From positions 74,868-138,867 of the forward strand of contig QCNO01000002.1 in the NCBI GenBank assembly GCA_003213165.1: 64,000 bases of DNA. The letters run 5' to 3'. How positions within the stretch are numbered: position 1 is the first letter of the stretch; each line of letters begins with the position of its first letter. Of the stretch, positions 46,996-55,603 are shown piece after piece. The translations under genes and the position numbers were made by a program. Below the pieces are notes generated by a model. It saw only the letters and a list, made by a program, of their open reading frames with translations. It was not told where the DNA came from and ran no database searches. The stretch comes from OCS155 cluster bacterium AG-426-D23. GTDB lineage: Bacteria > Actinomycetota > Acidimicrobiia > Actinomarinales > Actinomarinaceae.

Positions 46996-48261
46996 TTGAG
47001 TAATACAAAACTAAAAGTAATAGATAATAAAGAGTTAAAATTTAGCATCACACTCGATGATGTTGAATTGCTACAGTCATTATCTAAAACAACAAAATCA
47101 GAAAAGCAAAAAATAGTTCAAACAATATTTGAGCTCGGCTTAAAGATTTGGAAAATTCAGAGCGTAGAGGTAGATTATCAAAAACTTGACGATCAGAGAG
47201 AAAAAATTGTTAAGTCATTTGAATCAGCTTCAAAAAATGCTGAAAGCAACCTATCTGATTTAACTGATAAATTGCTTAAAGGCAAAAACGGCAGACTTGC
47301 TCTAGCTGTAGACAGAGAAGCAAAAAATTTAGAGAAACAACTGGGCCAACTATTTGAGTCAGATAATAAAAAATCTGTCCCATCAAAAATAGAAAAAGTT
47401 GTTGAATCAACAGTTGCAGAAGTTGTTTCTGAAGTCCTAGAGGAGATCAAGTCTATTACAGACGCTTCAGACGTAAATAGTCCACTGTCAAAAATTAAAG
47501 ATCAGATTCTTAAAGGGGTTTTAGAACCAGTTAATAAAATAATGGAGGATTTCGAGGATGTCTCCAATGTTATTAAAACCCACTCTCTTGTAAAACAAGA
47601 GTTCGAAAAAGGCTCTAACAAGGGATTAGTTTTCGAAGATCAGGTTGGTGATATTTTAGAGACATTTACAAATATCTCTGGAGACTTTATAGATAGAGTT
47701 GGAAACACAGAAGGAGCTTCTAAAACAGGTAAAGGTAAAAAAAAGGGAGACCATGTCGTCATTGTTGGAGATGCAGATGGTAACTCTTCTAGGGTGGTTT
47801 TTGAGGTTAAAAATATTAGCAAAAAACCATCAGTTAATTCTGTAATTAAGCTTCTAACCCAGTCTTGTAAAAATAGACAAGCAGCTGTCGGTGTTTATGT
47901 TGCATCAACTAAAGAGTCGGCCCCAGTGCAGTCTGCATTTTCGAGACTAGCTCCGAATATGTACTCGGTTGTAGTTAATAAAGAGACACTAGACACCCTT
48001 GCATTAGAAGTTTGCTACCAGGTTTCTAAACTTGAGGCATTAGCAAAACTTCAACAAACAACTGATAGCGAGAATATAGATTTTGAAGCGATTCAAAGTA
48101 ATTTAAAAAATCTTGCATCTTTAACCGAGATTGTGTCACAGATCAGAGGTAATGTATCTAAAGCAGAAACTGATCTTGACGATGCCCATGGGAATATAAA
48201 CAATCTTGAGTCACAGTTAAAAGATTCTGTATCAGAACTAAAAAAAGAGTTAAAAAAGTAA
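46996..48261 (+). CDS. coiled-coil protein with C-terminal PD-(D/E)xK-like motif
   Basis: TTG start after AAAGGAG; helical/charged N-terminal 220 aa; KGDHVVIVGDADGNSSRVVFEVKN (D...E-x-K); C-terminal coiled coil. Confidence 0.7.
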   Translation: MSNTKLKVIDNKELKFSITLDDVELLQSLSKTTKSEKQKIVQTIFELGLKIWKIQSVEVDYQKLDDQREKIVKSFESASKNAESNLSDLTDKLLKGKNGRLALAVDREAKNLEKQLGQLFESDNKKSVPSKIEKVVESTVAEVVSEVLEEIKSITDASDVNSPLSKIKDQILKGVLEPVNKIMEDFEDVSNVIKTHSLVKQEFEKGSNKGLVFEDQVGDILETFTNISGDFIDRVGNTEGASKTGKGKKKGDHVVIVGDADGNSSRVVFEVKNISKKPSVNSVIKLLTQSCKNRQAAVGVYVASTKESAPVQSAFSRLAPNMYSVVVNKETLDTLALEVCYQVSKLEALAKLQQTTDSENIDFEAIQSNLKNLASLTEIVSQIRGNVSKAETDLDDAHGNINNLESQLKDSVSELKKELKK

Positions 48262-48271
48262 AAACTCTTAC

Positions 48272-48316
48272 AGTCTTATTTACAGAAGGCAAGCAAACCT
48301 TTCTGTATCTAAGACT
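48272..48316 (+). other. bipartite stem-loop upstream of the 48345 gene
   Basis: AGTCTTA-tt-TACAGAAGG-caagcaaa-CCTT(T)CTGTA-tc-TAAGACT; followed by ATGAAGCTAATAGATAAAGGAGGGCATTATG. Confidence 0.6.
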
Positions 48317-48344
48317 ATGAAGCTAATAGATAAAGGAGGGCATT

Positions 48345-48659
48345 ATGCCAAACAATAAAGTAGCAAAACTACCTACTAAGGTAGAAAAACCATTCTGGAA
48401 GCAAGGCTTTCATAAAATACCGGAAGTTCTTTCCATTTCAGATATTGCTGAATACCTTAGAGTGCCAGAGGCAACAGTTGAAAGTCTCATAACTAGTGGA
48501 GATATTCAAACACTTCCTGGAATTGAGGAGAAAAGAGTATTCAAAGGCTTTTTTCTTTCTTACTTAACCCAATCACATCCAGAGTCTATGGGTCTAATGG
48601 GAAAACCAGAGGATGCTATTCCTACTGGCATTAGAAACTCAGTAGGAGCTGGATTCTAA
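48345..48659 (+). CDS. excisionase/MerR-type helix-turn-helix DNA-binding protein
   Basis: ISDIAEYLRVPEATVESLITSGDIQTLPG (HTH_17-like). Confidence 0.65.
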   Translation: MPNNKVAKLPTKVEKPFWKQGFHKIPEVLSISDIAEYLRVPEATVESLITSGDIQTLPGIEEKRVFKGFFLSYLTQSHPESMGLMGKPEDAIPTGIRNSVGAGF

Positions 48660-48670
48660 TTTACCTACCA

Positions 48671-48695
48671 ATGCCCTACCAAAAAGGTAGGGCAT
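48671..48695 (+). other. perfect 10-bp hairpin occluding the SD-like GGTAGGG and the first two nt of the next start codon
   Basis: ATGCCCTACC-AAAAA-GGTAGGGCAT; an extra CCTACCAA copy lies just upstream (48664-48671). Confidence 0.6.
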
Positions 48696-49176
48696 GATGA
48701 ACATATTACATAAAGGAGATATTTTGGAACAAGAGACTAAAAAAGGCGAAGAAGTGAGTGTGAGTGCATTTAAAAGTATTAAAAAATTAGAGAATTTTAT
48801 AGTAAACGGTGAAGACTTAAAAACTAAAATTGACAACCATCCAAGAGTTATTTCTTACCTATCAGATCACACTGATGGTTCAACTTGGTATGGTGCAGAT
48901 GTTTTAGTAGTTTTTAGAAAAACATTAGAAATGAAACACTGGGTTTCTAGATCTTCTTCACATCAATTAGTAGAAACAAAGCACGCTAAAGGTATAGCTT
49001 GGGTATTTATTGTTTTAGGCAACATATATGTGGAAAAAATTGACTCTATTACTAAATACTTTTTTTATGCAGATCTTGCAAAAGCAGCAAATTCATACCT
49101 GGAAAGATCAAAAGGTGAAGTTAATTTGAAAAGTCTTTTACTTGAAATTGTTAGGAGCTCAAAAAAATATTTATGA
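48694..49176 (+). CDS. hypothetical protein (160 aa)
   Basis: Uninterrupted ORF; no motif recognised. Confidence 0.6.
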   Translation: MMNILHKGDILEQETKKGEEVSVSAFKSIKKLENFIVNGEDLKTKIDNHPRVISYLSDHTDGSTWYGADVLVVFRKTLEMKHWVSRSSSHQLVETKHAKGIAWVFIVLGNIYVEKIDSITKYFFYADLAKAANSYLERSKGEVNLKSLLLEIVRSSKKYL

Positions 49177-49256
49177 AAGAACGATTAAAAGAAATATGGA
49201 AAGAAACAATAAAAAAACATATCAGAAGATGGAAGACTCTTCCTGGCATGGCGTAG
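49173..49256 (+). CDS. possible 27-aa basic peptide
   Basis: ATGA overlap with the preceding stop; MKERLKEIWKETIKKHIRRWKTLPGMA*. Confidence 0.3.
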   Translation: MKERLKEIWKETIKKHIRRWKTLPGMA

Positions 49257-49284
49257 TTTATTAAAATATAATTGAAAGAAAGTA

Positions 49285-50025
49285 ATGACAATTAGAACAA
49301 GAAATATTTATGATCCCAGCGATGATAAACCATACAAATTAAGCAGATCTAAAGTTGATAATTTTATTCGTTGTAAAAGATGTTTTTACATTGACAGACG
49401 ACTAGGTGTTTCCGAACCACCAGGTTTCCCTTTTAATATCAATTCAGCAGTCGATGAACTCTTAAAAAAAGAATTTGATTTATACAGAAAAAAGGGAGAA
49501 CCACATCCTTATATGCTAGAAACAGGTAAAAATCTAATTCCATTTCAACACGAACTACTTGATGAATGGAGGGAAAACTTTAAAGGCGTTCAGTACCATC
49601 ACAAAAAAACAAATTTTATCCTTACAGGTGCAGTCGATGATTTATGGTTTGATTTAGACACAGAAGAAGTAATTGTCGTTGACTATAAATCTACCTCTAA
49701 AAATTCAGAAGTAACAATTGATGAAGAATGGCAGGATGGATACAGAAGACAAATGGATTTTTATCAATGGTTGATGAGAAAAAATGGATTTAAGGTTTCC
49801 AATTCTGGATATTTTGTATATTGCAATGGTGATAAAAGTAAGAGGAAATTCTCAAATAAAATCTCATTTAAGGTTTCCATTTTAGAATATGTTGGAAATG
49901 ATTATTGGGTGGAAGACACAATATTAGAAATAAAGCAAATACTCAACTCGAACAAATTACCAGAAACTAGTAATGAATGTAAGATGTGTTCGTTCATAAA
50001 TTCACACCAGGAGGTGACTAAATAG
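49285..50025 (+). CDS. PD-(D/E)XK nuclease, Cas4/RecB-like with Cys cluster
   Basis: N-terminal CKRC, GAVDDLW, VVDYKST (D/E-x-K), QMDFYQWL (QxxxY), C-terminal YCNG / CKMC. Confidence 0.75.
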   Translation: MTIRTRNIYDPSDDKPYKLSRSKVDNFIRCKRCFYIDRRLGVSEPPGFPFNINSAVDELLKKEFDLYRKKGEPHPYMLETGKNLIPFQHELLDEWRENFKGVQYHHKKTNFILTGAVDDLWFDLDTEEVIVVDYKSTSKNSEVTIDEEWQDGYRRQMDFYQWLMRKNGFKVSNSGYFVYCNGDKSKRKFSNKISFKVSILEYVGNDYWVEDTILEIKQILNSNKLPETSNECKMCSFINSHQEVTK

Positions 50026-51119
50026 TGCCTAAAAATTTAGAAAGAGATATAAGATCAATGATGTCTAGCATCGGAAGTAATATATCTGAAAAATTTAAAA
50101 ATATTAATGGAAAAACAGCAAAAAATAATGTACCTGATCATTTATGGCAAAAGAGAACTCATAGAAAGAACAGGGTGCTGACGTCCTGGAAAAGCGTTCA
50201 TCGAAATGAATTAAATTTTGATCAATTAGAAACTTTTGATGGAGGAATAGTTGTTGAGTTTGTAAATGACGATTTTTTTAATCCATTATTTTCTGAGAAT
50301 GATGTCTATAAAGAACTTAAAAACAGAGTCGGAAGTGATGAAAACGTATCTTCAATAATTTCTTTCAGGGTAGAAGAGGGAGATTCTGGGGCCAATGTTG
50401 CCAGAGAAAGTTATGCTAAATTTCAAAAAATGTTTCCTGACTTTACACTTTCTCCAATAGTTAGAAAAGAAGGATCTTTTAGGAATGTAGGTATGGGAAA
50501 TGATAAATGGGAAGGAAATAGCTATATTTTTATTCAAGGTGGACAACAACATTCCATAAATAGCCATGATCATTTTAAACAAAATCTAGGATTTAAAAAT
50601 CCACAATTATTTAATCCTGCAAATGAATTTGCAAATGAACAAGTCCGTAAAGACTTGTACATTTCACTTACTTATTTTTTTCTACACTGCCACGATATAA
50701 ACCATTATGTAGAAAGTGCTCTATTACAAAATTTAAAAGAAGGATGTGAGTCCTATTTAAATTCTAGAAACTATGATCATGTTAATTTGTTAGAATATTG
50801 CATTAATCATCCATCTATTGCTTGGGAAAAAGGTGTTTTAATGGACCCAATTGCTGTTGAAAGGCTTAATGTTTTAGATTTTGATGTTAAATGGGATTTT
50901 GAAAATCCTCTTTGTATAGCAATTTGTCATAATCAGCCGGTAAATAAAGACATTTTTGTTTATGATCATAAAAATAATTGTATACTTACACCCGCTCAGC
51001 CTACTAATGTGTTTTGGGGTAAACAATCATCAAACATGATTCAACAAAGCCACAAACTTGATGATTATTTTAGGCTTGAAGAAGCAAGGGTCGAAAAAAG
51101 AAGGCCTTATCTTAGTTAA
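50025..51119 (+). CDS. hypothetical protein, candidate restriction endonuclease partner
   Basis: GTG start overlapping the previous stop by 1 nt; contains MDP-x13-DVK and AICHNQPVNK...N strings, but the fold is not assignable by eye. Confidence 0.55.
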   Translation: MPKNLERDIRSMMSSIGSNISEKFKNINGKTAKNNVPDHLWQKRTHRKNRVLTSWKSVHRNELNFDQLETFDGGIVVEFVNDDFFNPLFSENDVYKELKNRVGSDENVSSIISFRVEEGDSGANVARESYAKFQKMFPDFTLSPIVRKEGSFRNVGMGNDKWEGNSYIFIQGGQQHSINSHDHFKQNLGFKNPQLFNPANEFANEQVRKDLYISLTYFFLHCHDINHYVESALLQNLKEGCESYLNSRNYDHVNLLEYCINHPSIAWEKGVLMDPIAVERLNVLDFDVKWDFENPLCIAICHNQPVNKDIFVYDHKNNCILTPAQPTNVFWGKQSSNMIQQSHKLDDYFRLEEARVEKRRPYLS

Positions 51120-51160
51120 ATGTGAAATATTGTCAGATATAATCTTTAGAATTAAAAATA

Positions 51161-52408
51161 ATGGAAAATAGCTTATTTAAACAAAATCTAAAATACTTAG
51201 AAAATATTTTATCTAATAGTGAAATTGATAAGTTAGAAAAATCTTTTAATACTAAATCATTTAAAGATCAAAAAGAAGAGGTCGGGTATTTTACTGAAAA
51301 ATATAATCACATGATTAAGTTAAAACATCAAAAAGAATATAAAGATTCAGATAAAGAATTAAATAAATTTCTTAATAAAAAATCATCTAATACAAAAATT
51401 ATTTGGGGAGATTGTCTGACAGCTTTAAAAAAAATGGATAGTGAATCAATACAATTAATGGTTACTTCTCCACCTTATTACAACGCAAGAGATTATTCGC
51501 AATGGAAAAATATCGATGAATATTTAGATGATATGAGAGATATTATTAAGGAAACATGGAGAGTTTTAGATAACCACAGAGTTTGGGTATTTAATGTTGG
51601 AGATATTTTCGATAACCCAAATACCAAAACAACTTCTGTGTGGGGAAAGCAACGTATCCCACTTGGAGCATACTTTATACAGATATTTGAAGATATCGGA
51701 TTTACGTTTGTAGATGACTTTATTTGGGATAAAGGGGAAGTTCAAAGTCAGAGGCAAAAAAATGCTGACAACCCTTATCCAATGTATCAGTATCCTATTA
51801 ATGCATATGAACATATTCTTATATTTCATAAACATAGATTAGATACAACTAAATTTCCATGCCCAAGATGTGGAAGCCTACAGGTAAATGGCAATACACA
51901 AAGTGAACCAGGTTTGCAAAGTTGGGAGTGTAAGAATAATGATTGTCCTGAAAGAAGCGCTTCTAATCGTGGAAAGAGGTTTTCGCTAAAAACCAACATG
52001 ACACAGTCAGACCAATTAAGAACAAATGAAAATCATATAGATGAAGAGTTTATAAAAAAATGGAGAAAAGACATAATCTCTTTTCCACCAGTAATAAAAA
52101 TAAATTCAAAAGGCGAAAATATTCTTGGACATACCGCTCCTTTTCCTGATTTAATCCCAGAGTATGCAGTAAAAATGTTTACATATAAGGGCGAAAAGGT
52201 CCTAGACCCTTTTGCAGGAAGTTTTACTTCTCCTAAAGTTGCAGCTGAACTTGGAAGGGTTGGTATTGGAATAGAGTTGAATAAAAAAATGTTCGGAAAG
52301 TCAATTATGAATAAATTAACCTCAGGTGAAGATAAGCTTTTTGGATCTAACCTAACAGTAGAGGAATTTAGTTTGCTAAAAGAAAAGAAAGAAAATAGAC
52401 AAATTTAA
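51161..52408 (+). CDS. DNA methyltransferase (N6-adenine or N4-cytosine, beta class) with zinc-ribbon insert
   Basis: Motif IV MVTSPPYYNARDY, C-terminal motif I VLDPFAGSFTS; insert CPRCGSLQ...ECKNNDCPERS. Confidence 0.88.
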   Translation: MENSLFKQNLKYLENILSNSEIDKLEKSFNTKSFKDQKEEVGYFTEKYNHMIKLKHQKEYKDSDKELNKFLNKKSSNTKIIWGDCLTALKKMDSESIQLMVTSPPYYNARDYSQWKNIDEYLDDMRDIIKETWRVLDNHRVWVFNVGDIFDNPNTKTTSVWGKQRIPLGAYFIQIFEDIGFTFVDDFIWDKGEVQSQRQKNADNPYPMYQYPINAYEHILIFHKHRLDTTKFPCPRCGSLQVNGNTQSEPGLQSWECKNNDCPERSASNRGKRFSLKTNMTQSDQLRTNENHIDEEFIKKWRKDIISFPPVIKINSKGENILGHTAPFPDLIPEYAVKMFTYKGEKVLDPFAGSFTSPKVAAELGRVGIGIELNKKMFGKSIMNKLTSGEDKLFGSNLTVEEFSLLKEKKENRQI

Positions 52409-52447
52409 TTTTGTTTTTTATATACAAAAGGCAAATTTAATTCATAC

Positions 52448-52894
52448 CTAAGCTAAACCCCTGCATGTAGAACAGTATTTAATATTTTTCTTTTCTTTTA
52501 GAAATAAATTGAGACAATACCAAGCCTTACAACTTGTAGCCTCATAGTTATAACAAATAAAATCTGAACACCACTCATCACATTTGTGTACCTTGTCATC
52601 TAAAGCATCAATCAATATCTTGAGTTCGTGATCTGTTATTAAACTAAAAGGTTTTTTGTTTCGAAGGTTGTAACTTGCTCTCCAATCAAGAGAGTATTTG
52701 TAGCCATCGTAACAACCAAAACACATACCTCTACAGTCTTCATAACATGGATCAGGACCCTCATCAAAAGGTTCAATCAATGAGGCTATAGATAATACCT
52801 TGTCAAAATTGTTGTTTGTTTTTAAGTGTTTCCAGGTTTCTTCTTCAAGAATCTCTTTAATTGCTAGTTGAATTCTTGTCTCTACCTTAACCAT
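52448..52894 (-). CDS. hypothetical Cys-rich protein
   Basis: 148 aa with about 15 Cys (CYEDCRGMCFGCYDGY; CDEWCSDFICYNYEATSCKAWYC; YCSTC). Confidence 0.55.
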   Translation of the reverse strand: MVKVETRIQLAIKEILEEETWKHLKTNNNFDKVLSIASLIEPFDEGPDPCYEDCRGMCFGCYDGYKYSLDWRASYNLRNKKPFSLITDHELKILIDALDDKVHKCDEWCSDFICYNYEATSCKAWYCLNLFLKEKKNIKYCSTCRGLA

Positions 52895-52960
52895 ACAGTT
52901 TTATTCTAGAAAGCGAGGAAGACAAAAAAGTGTCACACCTCATTTTTATATTCTTATTAA

Positions 52961-53401
52961 ATGAAAGATATTGAATATAAAGTAATTCGATTTTTAATAT
53001 TTATAGGATTATTGTTTGTAAATTATCATGTACTGATGCTCTTTACTTCTTTTATTGCACCTGAAAGTTTTTTAAATGACGTAAGAAGAATTGGTGGATT
53101 CTTTATAAATCTTCTGGGGATTCATGTTTTGTTTGCTTTTGGAACATATTTTTATTCAAGAATGTATCTCAATTTCAAAATTAAATTCTACTTGTTAGGA
53201 CTGTCTATTATCACGCCTCTGTTGTATTTATTCTTTAACCTTGAATATCTACATACAATTCAAATGCCTGATATATCTATTATTGTTGCATCTTTTTTCA
53301 TCATTAATCTATTTATTAAGGATTTTAAATATAACTTTATCTGGCATTATTTAAACGTCTTGATAGACCCTTTTTACAAGGACGATGTTGAACCTTTTTA
53401 A
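52961..53401 (+). CDS. small polytopic membrane protein
   Basis: 146 aa, 4 TM helices. Confidence 0.5.
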   Translation: MKDIEYKVIRFLIFIGLLFVNYHVLMLFTSFIAPESFLNDVRRIGGFFINLLGIHVLFAFGTYFYSRMYLNFKIKFYLLGLSIITPLLYLFFNLEYLHTIQMPDISIIVASFFIINLFIKDFKYNFIWHYLNVLIDPFYKDDVEPF

Positions 53402-53486
53402 TAAATTAATTTACTCCTATTTTGTATTTAATGTTGTAACTAAATGGATAGTCGATAGGGAAATTAAATATGAATTGTGAAAGAAT

Positions 53487-54956
53487 ATGATCAGAAAGCT
53501 GTTTATTTCAATTTGGATTTTCTCTTGGTCTATATTCGCTGTTGATCAAATTTCATTTGCCTTTAAGCATTTGACTTCAACTAACACAACTACAGAAACT
53601 TTAGTTGTTAGTGAGAAATCATTAAACAATAATGAAACAGGTTTAAACAAAAATCAAAATGATTTTGTTGGCAAGGACGCCGAAGAACTATCTGAGAGTA
53701 TTTGTTTTAATGAGGAATTTTGGTCTTCAGTAGAAGCAGAAATAACTGAGGATAAAAGAAACTTTACAATTTCATTTCCCTCTATTCCAAATAAAAATGA
53801 TATAAAGTCAATAGACATAATTGTTAAGCCAATCACAATTAATTATGAAAGTTCTAAAAATGCTTTTCATATGCATTCGATCCGTCAGTCACGACTTAAC
53901 ACCAACCAAAAAGAGCATGAGTTTCAATTAGATTTAATTGATGGAATCGATACAAATTACTCGTATTTAGTGAAAGACTGGAAGCTAGATATAATCGCAA
54001 GCTCAAATAATTTAGCTGATTGTTATGAATCAACAGTTCTTCGATTTAATAGTGAAGACTATGAAAACGTTTCTAATTTATCAGTTTTTTATGAAAAAAA
54101 TATAATAAGTCCAATTTTTGAAAAAAATTATGATGTTCAAGAATTTCAAGAGCAACAATATTTGAATCAATTCTTCCAAAAATTAGAACTAAAAAAATTA
54201 CAAAAAACTCTACCACCTCCACATGAGGCAGCACTTGCTCTGCTCAATAAAGATGTTAAATATGATTTTAGTAAATCAAAAAAAGGCGAAGAGTATGTTA
54301 ACGAGTATATTTCTGATAGACAAAGATTAACTGGAGAGGTAAATATTGGTTTATTTGGAAATGCTACGAGTTATGACCTACATGTGGTGAATAATGTATT
54401 AAATATATTAAATATTGTCGCTCCTGATTTAAAAATTTCTTACTCTGACAACCCTGCAGACGTGAACCTACCTATACATTTTGCTCATTGCACAAAGAGA
54501 TTTTCTGAGTTAGTAAATGACTGTAGAAGTAAATTTGCTGGAATATTTTATCATTCTCATAGCAAACTAGAGAATGCAAAGTTTGGTTGGATTTGGGTTG
54601 ATTCTCAGTATTCAAAGTCAATGAGAGAACATATTCTCATACATGAACTAGGACACGCTTTAGGCCTCGGTCATAATCTGTGCAGTAATTCAGTGATGTC
54701 TTACTCTAAGTTTGCTGATTCAATGCCATATTTTACAGAAATTGATCTAATGCAATTAAGACTGTTATATGATCCAAAATTAGAAGAAATATATAACAAT
54801 TTTCAAGTTATCGAAGATCTGGATCTAAACCCAGATATTTATTCAGATTATATTTACAACAATAAACCTATGTGCAGTCCACAACAAGGAGGCTGGAAGG
54901 ATTTTGTTAAGTTTCAAAAAGGTCTTAAAAAAATCGATGAGTTCTTAGATTATTAA
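53487..54956 (+). CDS. secreted metzincin-type zinc metalloprotease
   Basis: N-terminal signal-like helix; HELGHALGLGHN (HEXXHXXGXXH) and downstream SVMSY Met-turn. Confidence 0.8.
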   Translation: MIRKLFISIWIFSWSIFAVDQISFAFKHLTSTNTTTETLVVSEKSLNNNETGLNKNQNDFVGKDAEELSESICFNEEFWSSVEAEITEDKRNFTISFPSIPNKNDIKSIDIIVKPITINYESSKNAFHMHSIRQSRLNTNQKEHEFQLDLIDGIDTNYSYLVKDWKLDIIASSNNLADCYESTVLRFNSEDYENVSNLSVFYEKNIISPIFEKNYDVQEFQEQQYLNQFFQKLELKKLQKTLPPPHEAALALLNKDVKYDFSKSKKGEEYVNEYISDRQRLTGEVNIGLFGNATSYDLHVVNNVLNILNIVAPDLKISYSDNPADVNLPIHFAHCTKRFSELVNDCRSKFAGIFYHSHSKLENAKFGWIWVDSQYSKSMREHILIHELGHALGLGHNLCSNSVMSYSKFADSMPYFTEIDLMQLRLLYDPKLEEIYNNFQVIEDLDLNPDIYSDYIYNNKPMCSPQQGGWKDFVKFQKGLKKIDEFLDY

Positions 54957-55057
54957 AACTGATTCTAGATTTAAATAATTTTTCATATACGCCAATCATC
55001 GCGAAAACTTTACCTCTGAAAAAACAACTAAAACCTAAATCTGGCACTATATGCATT

Positions 55058-55552
55058 ATGCAAGATTATAAGAGACAAAATCTCTCAGTAAACGAGAGAA
55101 AGATAGTTGAACTCACTCTTCAAGGTGAAAGTCAGATAGATATTGCCAACAAATTAGATATTGCCCCAAGTACCGTGTATAGAACATTAAGAAGAGAACA
55201 TATCCAAGGTATGATTACATCAGCCACACAAGGATTGATGTCTTCTTTAGTTCAGAAGATGCTGCAAAACTATGAAAAAGCTCAGGAGAGAATCAGTAAA
55301 GAAATTGATACTATGTCTATCCAAAATGTAATTTATTATATTAATCACGTAAAACAAGCACTTCAACACATCCATATCGATGTAGCAAAAAACGAAATGC
55401 AGAAATTACAAGATGCCAAAGAAGGCGTAGCTGTTGTAAAGGTAAAATACAGTGACACCGATGCAATGTTTGATAAACAGGTTAAAAATGCCTTACGAGA
55501 ATTTGGTATTCCAGAAGATGTGATCCAACAACAGAACTTTAAATATGGATAA
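55058..55552 (+). CDS. HTH DNA-binding protein (sigma-70 region 4 / LuxR-like HTH at N-terminus)
   Basis: LSVNERKIVELTLQGESQIDIANKLDIAPSTVYRTLRR. Confidence 0.55.
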   Translation: MQDYKRQNLSVNERKIVELTLQGESQIDIANKLDIAPSTVYRTLRREHIQGMITSATQGLMSSLVQKMLQNYEKAQERISKEIDTMSIQNVIYYINHVKQALQHIHIDVAKNEMQKLQDAKEGVAVVKVKYSDTDAMFDKQVKNALREFGIPEDVIQQQNFKYG

Positions 55553-55603
55553 TATTTACTTTTTGATTTTCTCATAAAATCAAAAACTTGTTTTAATAAA
55601 AAT

